Source of the DNA: an uncultured Methanoregulaceae archaeon
GTDB taxonomy: Archaea > Halobacteriota > Methanomicrobia > Methanomicrobiales > Methanospirillaceae
Assembly (NCBI GenBank): GCA_963701095.1
Contig: OY969564.1
Location: forward strand, 2,400,001-2,464,000
DNA length: 64,000 nt
Direction of reading: 5' to 3'
Shown here: one piece after another, positions 11,064 through 20,995 of the stretch
Layout: the number at the start of each line of letters is the position of its first letter
Position numbering within the stretch: position 1 is the first letter of the stretch
Position numbers and translations under genes: made by a program
Notes under the pieces: generated by a model
The model's input: the letters and a program-made list of their open reading frames with translations, nothing else
What the model was told of the DNA's origin: nothing
Database searches by the model: none

Positions 11064-11914
11064 TTTCCGCCTCCTTTTAAGACATACCATTTCAGGATGC
11101 CGACATTGGTAAGCCAGGTATTGAGGATATCAAAGAAAAGCCCCATCAGAAGAACCGCAGAAATCTGTTCTATGACCGATATCTGCCCGGCCCACGATAC
11201 GATCAGGAGCACTGTGACTGCAGCGATTGTCGTCGAGGTCATGATAATACCGGTACGGAACGCACCTTTCAGCTTATCATTGAGTTTTCCCTGCCGTTTG
11301 AGTACCCGTGTTGTAAGTAAAATGTCGCTGTCCACGGAATACCCGATAAGCATAAGAAGGGCTGCGGTGGTTCCAAGACTGAGCTGAATACCGACTACAT
11401 TCATAAGAGCGGCGGTCATGGCCATATCCGCAAAGGCCGAGAGGACGACTGCACATGATGGGACAAATGTCCTAAACGAGACAAAGACCACGATTGCCAT
11501 GCCGATAAAGGCAATGATAAGCGCAATGAATGCCTGGTCCTGCAGTGTCTTTCCAAAGGATTCGCCGATCTGGTTGATCTGTGCATCTGGGAATTGAGTT
11601 TCAATGAGCCCGGATAACTTCTGGTATTGCGCATCGCTCATGGATCCAAACGTGATGAATTTCCCGTTGTTGAGTCCCTGACTGATACTTACCAGCGGAT
11701 AACCCGCAAAGATGGTCTGGAGCTGCGCCGATGTATCAGGTGTAATTACCGTTACGGCAGTCCCTCCGGAAAAATCGATCCCCGGTACAACCGGCATTCC
11801 GACAGTGAGCGTGACATACGCCAGCACTACAAGAGATATAACAAGCAGCACCGTCGGGATTATCACCAGTTGTTTTGGTGAATATTTTTCGATGTTGTAT
11901 TCGAATAATCCCAT
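11060..11914 (-). CDS. secF: Preprotein translocase subunit SecF (archaeal)
   Basis: GIDFSGG, IGYSVDSDILLT; multi-TM. Confidence 0.93.
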   Translation of the reverse strand: MGLFEYNIEKYSPKQLVIIPTVLLVISLVVLAYVTLTVGMPVVPGIDFSGGTAVTVITPDTSAQLQTIFAGYPLVSISQGLNNGKFITFGSMSDAQYQKLSGLIETQFPDAQINQIGESFGKTLQDQAFIALIIAFIGMAIVVFVSFRTFVPSCAVVLSAFADMAMTAALMNVVGIQLSLGTTAALLMLIGYSVDSDILLTTRVLKRQGKLNDKLKGAFRTGIIMTSTTIAAVTVLLIVSWAGQISVIEQISAVLLMGLFFDILNTWLTNVGILKWYVLKGGGK

Positions 11915-12115
11915 GATATATCATCTGTTCATGAACGATTAAATAATTACCAATGGTCGGGAGCTGCGGGAAAGTATCTTTGGACCTTCAGCATAGTCAG
12001 GCAGATCCTCCCAAATATCCGTCGGCACTAAACCGGAATGCCAGCTATAACAAGCCGGTTTTCCATAAGCGAAAAAATCCAAACATATATATGGAAAAAG
12101 TCGTGACACTAACTC

Positions 12116-12424
12116 ATGAGATCTCAATTCGAGATCGAACGAATGATTGAGGGCAGGCTAAAGTCCTATCTCTCACGGGATAAGACCGGCATCCGGCGCG
12201 AAGTGCTCCGGATCCTGCTTAAGATCCGCCAGACCACCATTGCAGATATCCTCGCGGGTCTCCGGGAACAGTTCAAGGTATCCTTCCACACGATCGCATC
12301 GATGGTAGGTATTATCGCCTCTCGTATCGGTATCCTGAAAGTCAGCAAGAACCCCGGGGGAGTCACAACCTATGAACTCCGGGAGAAGTACGCATGCATG
12401 GTTGTGCGGCTCGTAGGTGCATAA
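12116..12424 (+). CDS. Conserved methanogen winged-helix-like protein (DUF2551-like)
   Basis: YLSRDKTGIRR and MVG.IASR.GIL pattern recalled for this family. Confidence 0.65.
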   Translation: MRSQFEIERMIEGRLKSYLSRDKTGIRREVLRILLKIRQTTIADILAGLREQFKVSFHTIASMVGIIASRIGILKVSKNPGGVTTYELREKYACMVVRLVGA

Positions 12425-12490
12425 GAACACGCCGGCCCTCTCCTTAACCATAACCGTTTTTTACCAGTGCTTCACAATACTCCCGGTATA

Positions 12491-12778
12491 ATGCCCGGTC
12501 ACCCTTTTGATCCCTCCGGCGTTTCCAGCATCACGGTTGCTCCCGAGGTCCTGGACTATATCGAAAAGAAGAACTGTGATTTCCGTATTTGTACCTCTTG
12601 CGGAGGCCCGATTCTCCTCCCGGTACGGATAAAACCGCCAAAAAGAAGCGATGTCCTGCTCCAGGCCGCCCGCCATACCATTTACATCTCCATTCACCAG
12701 GCACGTTTTCTTGATGAAATACGCATCGAAATGATTCCGTTCTATGAAGAAGGGTCGCATACGACACAGATGGAATGA
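12491..12778 (+). CDS. Conserved hypothetical protein (TSCGGP motif)
   Basis: ORF whose stop overlaps the archease start. Confidence 0.6.
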   Translation: MPGHPFDPSGVSSITVAPEVLDYIEKKNCDFRICTSCGGPILLPVRIKPPKRSDVLLQAARHTIYISIHQARFLDEIRIEMIPFYEEGSHTTQME

Positions 12779-13185
12779 TGAGTTACGAAGAGCTTTCCCA
12801 TACCGCAGATGTGAAGATACGGGCCCGTGCACCCACCTGTAACGCACTGTTCGGGGAAGCTTTTCAGGCACTGATGCAGGTGATGTACGGTGAGGATCGA
12901 AAGGGCGGAACATCCCGGACTATCGATCTTAGTGCACCGGACCGGGAATCGCTGCTCCTTGATTTCCTTTCCGAGGTATTGTTTGTCTCCGAAGTGGATG
13001 GTCTGGTGTTCTGTTGTGCTGAAGTCCATCTCGGGGGGATGCATATCCACGCCCTCCTTGACGGAGAACCGTTCGATCCTGCACGGCATGCCAAAGGAAC
13101 AGAAGTAAAAGGTATTTCGTATTCAGGTATGTCCATCCGGAAAGACGCCAAAGGATATATGCTGGATATCTTATTTGATGTATAG
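12775..13185 (+). CDS. Archease
   Basis: HTADV at the N-terminus, EVKGISY, C-terminal FDV; lies upstream of rtcB. Confidence 0.92.
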   Translation: MMSYEELSHTADVKIRARAPTCNALFGEAFQALMQVMYGEDRKGGTSRTIDLSAPDRESLLLDFLSEVLFVSEVDGLVFCCAEVHLGGMHIHALLDGEPFDPARHAKGTEVKGISYSGMSIRKDAKGYMLDILFDV

Positions 13186-13197
13186 CGGGGGACAAAA

Positions 13198-14630
13198 ATG
13201 CCACAAGGAGTGACAAAGGCCGGACCGGATGAATGGGAAATACCGGTTGGCTATGTACCCGGCATGCGGGTACCGGGGCGATTTTTCCTCTCCGATAATC
13301 TTGAAGCAATCCTGGAGCCCGGTGCTATCCAGCAGCTGGCAAACGTCGCAACGCTTCCCGGGATCGTCCGGTCCTCTCTGGGTATGCCGGACCTCCACTG
13401 GGGATACGGGTTTCCCATAGGCGGGGTTGGAGCCTTCTCTCTTGATAATGGGATCATTTCCCCCGGAGGTGTTGGTTTTGACATCAACTGCGGCGTCCGT
13501 CTTTTTACAACCCCTCTCGTGCGGCGTGACATCAAAAAACCCCGGGAGCTCGTCGAATCCCTGTATCATGCCGTTCCGACCGGGATCGGTGCAAAAAGCT
13601 CAACAAAGCTCACCCCATCTGCGCTCATCGAAATAATGAATAAAGGAGCGCGCTACGCTGTGGACGCCGGCTATGGTCTCGAGCGGGACCTTGTCCGGTG
13701 CGAAGAGAATGGCGCAATGAAACAGGCGGACACCCGGGGGGTCTCTGAAAAAGCCCGCGCACGGGGTATTCCCCAGACCGGGACCCTTGGATCAGGAAAT
13801 CATTTCCTGGAACTTCAGGAAGTAAGCGAGATTTATGATACAGCTGCTGCCGAAGCATTCGGCCTTGAACAAGGACAGATCTGCTGCATGATCCATTGCG
13901 GTTCCCGGGTATCGGGCACCAGGTCTGTACCGATCATATCAAAACACTTGAAACAGCGGTAAAGAAGTACCATATCACCCTTCCCGACCGCCAGCTTGCC
14001 TGCGCTCCAGCTGGATCTCCTGAAGGTACAGCCTATTTTGGTGCAATGGCTGCTGCCGCAAATTATGCCTGGGCCAACCGGCAGATGATCCTCCATGCCG
14101 CACGCAGGGAATTCGTCCGGATGTTTGGTATCGGGTATGAGACCATGCCTCTGGTATACGATGTCGCCCACAACGTGGCAAAGATCGAGGAACATCTGGT
14201 AGACGGCCATCCTGTCCGCCTTATGGTACATCGCAAGGGGGCCACAAGGTCGTTCGGGCCCGGCGTCAGGATCTTCCGGGGGATCTCGCAAGAATCGGGC
14301 AACCAGTGATTGTTCCCGGGAGCATGGGAACGTCTTCCTACGTCCTGAAAGGTACGGCTGTCAGCTATGGAACGGACGTTTGGGAGCACCTGCCACGGTT
14401 CTGGCAGGATCATGAGCCGGTCGCAGGCAAAAAAGACCCTGACCGGAAAAGAGGTAGCAGACCATCTTCTTGCCCGGGGTATCATTGTGCGGGCGCCAAA
14501 CGAGGCGGCAATTGCCGATGAAGCCCCCGAGGTCTACAAACCCAGCAGCGAAGTAGTGCAGGTCGTCCATAACGCAGGTATTTCCACCCTCGTAGCCCGG
14601 CTCTCCCCGATGGGAGTGATTAAGGGATGA
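13198..14630 (+). CDS. rtcB: tRNA-splicing ligase RtcB (three frameshifts near 13908, 14268 and 14363)
   Basis: [54 protein letters not shown] and DEAP..YK motifs spread over four frame segments. Confidence 0.93.
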
Positions 14631-15202
14631 GCTGTCGGGCAGGTTTTGTCTGGGAGACGCCCCAGCATTTTGTCCGGTATATTGAAGACTGCGGGGTCAC
14701 GTGTGAGCTGGTAACGCCCTATATGCTCGCCGCCCCATTCTTCCGCGGTTCGTTTACCTGCCTTGTCATTCCGACCGGCTTTGCAAACCCGGCCTATTGC
14801 CGGCTGCTCCCGGCACTTCGGGCTTCCTCGGATCGTATACACCGGTTTGTGGAAAACGGGGGAAACCTCCTTGTCTTTGGAGCAGCGATCGATAAGACGG
14901 ATGCATATGACTGGCTGCCATTCCCGGTTACCTACCGGCACGAAGTTGTGCCCCGGAAAGTTACCTGCAGAAATTCAGCACTCGCTGCAGCCCTCGTCGA
15001 AGACTACGATCCCAATCGTATCGAATGTGACGGCACATTCCCTGCATATGAGGGGGCCACAGCTGGAGATGCCGACGGGTCCCCCCTTATTATTGAAGAA
15101 AAGGTGGGAAAAGGAACGGTGATAGTTACCAGTATCCATGAATATCCCTCACGTGCTTTTGTAAAACAATTCTGTGCCCAGGGTACGCAAACCTTATTCT
15201 AG
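14627..15202 (+). CDS. Conserved hypothetical protein (possible class I GATase-like fold)
   Basis: 191 aa, ATGA-coupled to rtcB; FVENGGNLLVFG motif. Confidence 0.6.
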   Translation: MSCRAGFVWETPQHFVRYIEDCGVTCELVTPYMLAAPFFRGSFTCLVIPTGFANPAYCRLLPALRASSDRIHRFVENGGNLLVFGAAIDKTDAYDWLPFPVTYRHEVVPRKVTCRNSALAAALVEDYDPNRIECDGTFPAYEGATAGDADGSPLIIEEKVGKGTVIVTSIHEYPSRAFVKQFCAQGTQTLF

Positions 15203-15236
15203 CGGAAAAATACCAGATTGATATGAGGAATGTCCG

Positions 15237-15659
15237 ATGGACCGGTACATGTTATGCGAAACTGCGGAAGCCGCAGATCTTGAACCGGTGGCCCTTGCCA
15301 TCCATGAGATCATTCACCGCTTGCCGGTGACGGCGAAATCGTTACTGAAACCAGGTATCCGGATTGAAGACGGCCGGGTAGTCGACCGTAATTACTCCGG
15401 CCCGGTGCTCGAAGCGTCCATCGCCCAAAACAAGGTGATAAAAATAACCCCGGAAAAAGGTGCCTACAAAGGCGTGCCGGTCACGGTTGCTCCCATCCGG
15501 GATCATAATGGTAAGGCTATAGGCGCTATCGGCGTGGTCGATGTCACCGGGATCTTCGATCTGGCTACATTGATGGAACACCAGTCCGCTATCATCAAAC
15601 AGGTCTGCGGAAAGGATCCCTGCCCCCTGCCGCAGGATGAAAGCAATAACCGGAGGTGA
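15237..15659 (+). CDS. Methanogen-conserved protein (DUF2111-like)
   Basis: YSGPVLE, G.YKGVPV.VAPI and AIGVVD patterns. Confidence 0.65.
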   Translation: MDRYMLCETAEAADLEPVALAIHEIIHRLPVTAKSLLKPGIRIEDGRVVDRNYSGPVLEASIAQNKVIKITPEKGAYKGVPVTVAPIRDHNGKAIGAIGVVDVTGIFDLATLMEHQSAIIKQVCGKDPCPLPQDESNNRR

Positions 15660-15689
15660 TCTTTTACGCCTGATTCTGCATTCCGGGTC

Positions 15690-16646
15690 ATGGCAATTCT
15701 CGAAAAGTCGGACGGTCCCGTATCGGGTGAAACGATAAGTAACGAGCTGGGCATTACCCGTTCAGCCGTCTGGAAGCACATCAACGAACTGCGGATGATG
15801 GGGTACGATATTTCATCGTCGCAGAAGGAAGGGTACCGGCTTACGCGCATGAGTAACAAGCTTCTCCCGTACGAGATCCACAAAAAACTGCAGACCAAGG
15901 TTATTGGTAAGAAGATGCGGTACCTGGAGAACACGCCCTCCACAATATGGGCCGGAAAACAGCTCTGTGCGGAAGGCGACGTGGAAAAAATGCACGGTAT
16001 GGTGATAATTGCCGAAGAACAGACCGGGGGCATCGGCAGGATGGGAAGGGCCTGGATCTCGCCAAGCGGCGGGATCTGGATAACGATTGTCCTCAAACCC
16101 CATATCCCCATCGATCGCATCTTTATGATTACCATGGCAGGATCAGTTGCCGTCGCCCGGGCAATAAGAAAGGAGTTTTCCCTCGGCGCCCTTATCAAAT
16201 GGCCCAATGATATCTTCATCGGCAACAAAAAAGTTGCCGGTCTCCTTCTAGAGCTTGCGGCAGAAGCTGATGCTGTACATTACTGCCTTCTTGGGATCGG
16301 TATTGACGCAAACGTCCCCCTCAGCGCATTCTCCCCGTCGCTACAAGACAATATTACTTCGATATCAGCTGAACTTGGCCATGAGGTGGACCGGGCCTCG
16401 TTTTTGGCACGGATCCTAAAAGAGTTCGAAGGCCAGTATATCCTCGTCGAAGGTGGCGAATACGACACCATTATCCGGGAATGGAAAAGTCTTTCCTGCA
16501 CGCTCGAACACCGGGTGGATATACGGACCCTCAAAAACAGTTTTTCCGGCGAAGCAGTCGATATTGACGAGTTCGGTGCACTTATTATCAGAAAAGACAA
16601 CGGCAAGCTCGAACGCGTGATTGCCGGCGACTGTTTCCACCAGTGA
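15690..16646 (+). CDS. birA: Bifunctional biotin ligase/repressor BirA (N-terminal HTH); true start possibly ACG at 15666
   Basis: SGETISNELGITRSAVWKHI HTH, AEEQTGGIGRMGRAW, KWPND, KVAG. Confidence 0.93.
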   Translation: MAILEKSDGPVSGETISNELGITRSAVWKHINELRMMGYDISSSQKEGYRLTRMSNKLLPYEIHKKLQTKVIGKKMRYLENTPSTIWAGKQLCAEGDVEKMHGMVIIAEEQTGGIGRMGRAWISPSGGIWITIVLKPHIPIDRIFMITMAGSVAVARAIRKEFSLGALIKWPNDIFIGNKKVAGLLLELAAEADAVHYCLLGIGIDANVPLSAFSPSLQDNITSISAELGHEVDRASFLARILKEFEGQYILVEGGEYDTIIREWKSLSCTLEHRVDIRTLKNSFSGEAVDIDEFGALIIRKDNGKLERVIAGDCFHQ

Positions 16647-16663
16647 GTCGCGGGTACTTTTTT

Positions 16664-16697
16664 ATCGTCAACCTCCAAAATTTAAGTGGTTGACGAT
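16664..16697. promoter_or_regulatory. BirA-type operator: perfect 10-bp inverted repeat ATCGTCAACC-N14-GGTTGACGAT overlapping the bioY start
   Basis: Arms seen at 16664-16673 and 16688-16697; the GTCAAC-N16-GTTGAC geometry matches the known BirA box (TGTtAAC-N14-16-GTTaACA). Confidence 0.8.
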
Positions 16698-17205
16698 GTT
16701 TGGAGATCTCCGGCGCTCCCGCCGTATTGCATATACTGCGGCCTTTATCGGTCTTATCACGCTTGGTGGCTGGATTTCCATCCCGTTTGTTCCCGCCCCC
16801 TTTACGCTCCAGACATTTTTTGTCCTTCTTTCGGCAGCGGTCATGAAGCGTGAAGCCGTTATCCCGGTAGCGTTATACGTGGCACTCGGTGCGCTTGGCC
16901 TGCCGGTCTTTCACAATGGTGTCGCCGGGTTTGGTGTTCTTATCGGGCCTACCGGGGGGTACCTGGTCGGGTTTATCCCGGCGGCTTTTATTGCCGGTAT
17001 TGCCTGGGAATCCGGTTCTACCATACGCCGGATTGCAGGGCTTTTCTCTGCTGATGTACTCATTCTCCTCTGCGGTGTAGCATGGTTGATCGTTTCTTCG
17101 GGTATGAGCCCGGTCGCCGCGTTTATTCTCGGGATGGCCATCTTCCTTCCCGGTGAAGCGGTAAAAGCCGGTGCCGTTTACCTGGTTGCACGGCAGCTGC
17201 CATGA
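16696..17205 (+). CDS. bioY: Biotin transporter S-component BioY
   Basis: PFTLQT, GALGLPVF, GPTGGYL.GF; start set at ATG 16696. Confidence 0.93.
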   Translation: MFGDLRRSRRIAYTAAFIGLITLGGWISIPFVPAPFTLQTFFVLLSAAVMKREAVIPVALYVALGALGLPVFHNGVAGFGVLIGPTGGYLVGFIPAAFIAGIAWESGSTIRRIAGLFSADVLILLCGVAWLIVSSGMSPVAAFILGMAIFLPGEAVKAGAVYLVARQLP

Positions 17206-17873
17206 TCACAGTCGAAGCGCTCCGGTACCGTGATATAGTCATAGATGCACTTGCATTACATCCCGGTGTGACATCACTTATCGGTCCAAACGGCAGCGGC
17301 AAAACGACGTTTTTAAAACTCTGCGCCGGCATTACCGCACCGGAGCACGGAACTGTTCTTGTAGATGGCCAGTGCCCCCGGTTGACTGAGATCGGGTACG
17401 TAAATGAGTTCCCGGACCGGAACATTCTGTTTCCCATGGTAAAAGACGAACTGGCCTCACTGCTGCGTTTTGCGCATATCCCGTGCAGGGAGACTGATCA
17501 TACTGTCAGGGACTGTGCGGCAAGGTTAGGACTCTCTCCTCTGCTGGACCGGCGTGTTCAGGACCTGAGCGGGGGCGAGAAGATCATGGTTGCATTTGCC
17601 GCAGCATGTATCAGCCGGCCAAAGGTTCTTGTCCTTGACGAATGCGATTCTCACCTGGATGTTACCCGGTGTGCGTGGCTTGAAAGGATGCTTCGTGATG
17701 CTGGTGCACCCTACGTGATCCGGTGCACCCAGCAGATGGAGACTGCGTCCAACAGCGATTACCTGCTCTATTTTGAACAGGGCCGGGTACTCTATACAGG
17801 CACTCCGGCCGAGGTCTTTACCCGTCTGCACAATACCTCCTTTTACCCCCTTTCATGGAGGTGCCCGGAGTGA
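17202..17873 (+). CDS. ECF transporter ATP-binding subunit
   Basis: GPNGSGKT, LSGGE, LVLDE. Confidence 0.85.
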   Translation: MITVEALRYRDIVIDALALHPGVTSLIGPNGSGKTTFLKLCAGITAPEHGTVLVDGQCPRLTEIGYVNEFPDRNILFPMVKDELASLLRFAHIPCRETDHTVRDCAARLGLSPLLDRRVQDLSGGEKIMVAFAAACISRPKVLVLDECDSHLDVTRCAWLERMLRDAGAPYVIRCTQQMETASNSDYLLYFEQGRVLYTGTPAEVFTRLHNTSFYPLSWRCPE

Positions 17874-18568
17874 GGCTTGTCCTTGAGAATGTTGTGCTTC
17901 AGCGCCAGTCATGGTCGCTAGTCGCATCCGGGGTGTTTACCCCGGGGACTCACCTCGTCAGCGGTGACGTTGGCTCCGGGAAGTCTACGCTGGCTCTTGA
18001 AATGGCCGGCCTGCAGGTACCGGACTCGGGTACCGTGACCCGGGAAGGGATCCAGACTGCACTTCTTTCTTTCCAGTTTCCCGAATTTCATGTCACCGGG
18101 TTCTCTGTCGCAGAGGAATGCGCATCATGGGGTCTTGAACCTGAAGATGTATTACAACGTGCCGGTATCGCGGTGCAGGAAGATACACCGGTCCTTTCGC
18201 TGAGCCGGGGAGAACTCAAGCGCCTGCACCTCGCCTGTGTCCTTTCCCGTGAATATGACCTTCTCCTGCTCGATGAACCTTTTTCCTCTCTCGATTGTCC
18301 CGGGAAAGAAGAGATCTGCAGGCAGCTGAATGCCCGGACACGCGGCATTACAATCCTGTTCACCCATGAACAGAGCATCTTTCCTCAGATCGACCATATC
18401 TGGGAAATTGCCGGAGGGTTCCTGGGAGACTGCGATGAGATGCCCGGGGCGCTTACCCGCTGGCAGCATGCCCCTCCCCTGATTAAGAGATTATTAAAAA
18501 CCGGAAAAGTCCCTGAAAACATCACGCCGGAAGGTATACAGGAGGCAGCATGCAGGACCCGCGAGTAA
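17870..18568 (+). CDS. ECF transporter ATP-binding subunit 2
   Basis: GDVGSGKS, LSRGE, LLLDEPFSSLD, TH. Confidence 0.85.
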   Translation: MRLVLENVVLQRQSWSLVASGVFTPGTHLVSGDVGSGKSTLALEMAGLQVPDSGTVTREGIQTALLSFQFPEFHVTGFSVAEECASWGLEPEDVLQRAGIAVQEDTPVLSLSRGELKRLHLACVLSREYDLLLLDEPFSSLDCPGKEEICRQLNARTRGITILFTHEQSIFPQIDHIWEIAGGFLGDCDEMPGALTRWQHAPPLIKRLLKTGKVPENITPEGIQEAACRTRE

Positions 18569-19179
18569 GGCTCTTCTGTGCGTTCCTGCTCTCGATTGCC
18601 GCTTTTGTCAGTATTGCAGGTGCTTCCCTGGTATTTGCCTGGTGGGTTGTTTTTACCCCGCGGTGGCACAGTATCCGGCATTACCGGGCTGTCTTAGCAA
18701 CCCTCCTTTTGTTTGCCATCGTATCTGCCGTAATAATACTCAACGGGAGCAACGGATTGTCGTATTTTGCCCGGATGACGGCAATCCTTCTTATCGGTGT
18801 CTGGGTATTTGCCGATACACGTCCCGGTGATTTCCTCGCCACCGGGACATGGCTCCTTGGCAGCCGTACCGGGTTTGAACTGGGTATGATCTCTGGTATG
18901 TCGCTGGAGATGGCCGGGGGCCTTTTCGAAGATTTTCAACGGATCCGGATGGCGTCGGTGCAGAAAGGGAGGCCCTGGAGTATCAGAAGTATTCTCCCTG
19001 CCGGCCGGATCCTTATCAGCGATACACTCCGGCGGGCCGACGATACCGCAGAAATCCTTGCCATACGGGGATACCGTGCCGGGGGATCACTCTGCCCGCA
19101 TTTCAGTACTCCCCCCAGAGAAATCCTGGCCTGCTTGTGTGCCACCGCCGCTCTCGTGGGTGCGTATCTCCTCCGCTAG
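18550..19179 (+). CDS. ECF transporter transmembrane (T) component
   Basis: DPRVRL N-terminus, TM helices, AIRGY motif. Confidence 0.75.
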   Translation: MQDPRVRLFCAFLLSIAAFVSIAGASLVFAWWVVFTPRWHSIRHYRAVLATLLLFAIVSAVIILNGSNGLSYFARMTAILLIGVWVFADTRPGDFLATGTWLLGSRTGFELGMISGMSLEMAGGLFEDFQRIRMASVQKGRPWSIRSILPAGRILISDTLRRADDTAEILAIRGYRAGGSLCPHFSTPPREILACLCATAALVGAYLLR

Positions 19180-19250
19180 TGTATTTTTTATACTTTACCG
19201 ATGATGTTTTGAGAGGCTAATTGTAATACCCGGAGCCCTCGAGGTCTCTC

Positions 19251-20995
19251 ATGCGTGCTGCCGATTCACGTAAAGTACTCATTACCGATACAACCCTTCG
19301 TGACGCCCACCAGTCACTGATTGCCACCCGGCTCCGCACCGAAGATATGCTCCCGCTCGCACGCGAGATCGATGCATGCGGTTTTTTTTCAGCCGAAGCC
19401 TGGGGTGGAGCGACTTTTGATACGTCCATACGGTTCTTAAACGACGACCCCTGGGACCGGCTCAAGGCACTCAAGCAGGAACTCAAGCATACGCCTATCC
19501 AGATGCTGCTCCGTGGCCAGAACCTCGTCGGGTACCGCCATTATTCCGACGATGTAGTCGACCGTTTTGTCGAAGCATCCTATAAAAACGGTGTGGATAT
19601 CTTCCGTGTCTTTGACGCACTCAACGATATTCGGAATATGAGACGCTCGATGTGGCAGGTAAAGAAACTGGGGGCACACCTCCAGGGCACCATCTCCTAT
19701 ACCACAAGCCCGGTCCACAGCACCGCAATGTTCATCACTATGGCAAAAGAACTCGCCGCCCTTGAATGTGATTCCATATGCATCAAGGATATGGCAGGGC
19801 TTATCATGCCCGAAGCTGCCCGTGAGCTTATCACCGGGATAAAAGAGGCTGTAGATATCAAGGTCTGCCTGCACAGCCATTCCACGAGCGGTATCGCTCC
19901 CATGAGTTACCAGGCGGCAATTGAGGCTGGTGTGGATATCCTGGATACCGCCATGTCCCCGTTTGCGATGGGTACCTCGCAGCCCCCGACAGAAAGTATT
20001 GTCGCATCTCTTGCCGGGACACCCCGGGACACGGGGATCGATCTGCTCAAGCTCCGGACCGTCAGGAACAACTGCATGCTGATCCGGGAGAAATATGCCG
20101 GGCTCCTTAACCCCATCTCCGAACGTGTGGACAGTAACGTGCTCATTTACCAGCTGCCCGGCGGAATGATCTCAAACCTGGTCTCCCAGCTGACCGAACA
20201 GGACGCACTCAACCGGCTTGACGAAGTGTTTGCTGAGATCCCCCGGGTCAGGGAAGATCTCGGTACCCCCCGCTGGTAACACCGACAAGCCAGATTGTCG
20301 GCACCCAGGCAGTTCTCAACGTACTGGTCAACGGCCAGCGGTACGCGAACGTAACCAAAGAGGTCAAGGATTATGTTCGGGGCCTGTACGGCCGTTCACC
20401 GGCACCGGTGAGCGATGCGATCCGTAAACTGATCATAGGCGATGAAGTCCCGGTTACCTGCCGGCCTGCCGATATGCTGGAACCTTCCTATAATCGTATG
20501 AAAGAGGAAGCCGAAAAGGCAGGCCTTGTTAAAAAAGAGGAAGACGTCCTCACCTACATCATGTACCCGGCAATTGCCCCTTCCTTTTTAAGAGGTGAAC
20601 GCCAGACGGAACTTATACCTGGAAAAACCGTAGCTTTGCCGCCGGCAGCTTCTGCCGGTATCCCGGACCAGATGGAAGTCGAAGTCGACGGCGAGGTCTT
20701 TTCCGTACGCATCGTATCAGTCGGCGGAACCCAGGTGCAGGTTACATCAGCGTCGCCCCAGAAAGCGCCACGGGGAGAAATTGCCGGTGGGATCCGGAGC
20801 AATATGCAGGGAATGGTGCTCCAGGTCATGGTCCACCGGGGCACGACCGTGAAAAAAGGCGATACCCTGATCGTGCTTGAGGCGATGAAGATGGAGAACC
20901 CCATCCACAGCCCGGTGGACGGCACGGTCACCGAAATTTTTGTCGATACCGGCGACGTCGTCCAGAACGGCGATGTCCTGCTGGTGGTGCAATGA
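19251..20995 (+). CDS. pycB: Pyruvate carboxylase subunit B (carboxyltransferase + biotin carrier); frameshift near 20263
   Basis: [31 protein letters not shown]; the shifted frame gives [18 protein letters not shown] biotinylation motif. Confidence 0.93.

Noticed and set aside
11940..12115. Structured ncRNA (e.g. SRP RNA) next to secF
   Set aside because: Too short and lacks the GC-rich helices and SRP motifs; consistent with a divergent promoter region
13198..14630. Programmed frameshifting or true pseudogenisation of rtcB (also pycAB, top6B, nadM, fcl, aglJ)
   Set aside because: There are many single-base indels in essential, otherwise undegraded genes with no shared slippery-site or stimulator pattern; sequencing error is far more parsimonious
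12775..14630. Archease-rtcB pairing as a novel RNA repair system
   Set aside because: Well-known conserved archaeal tRNA-splicing ligase arrangement
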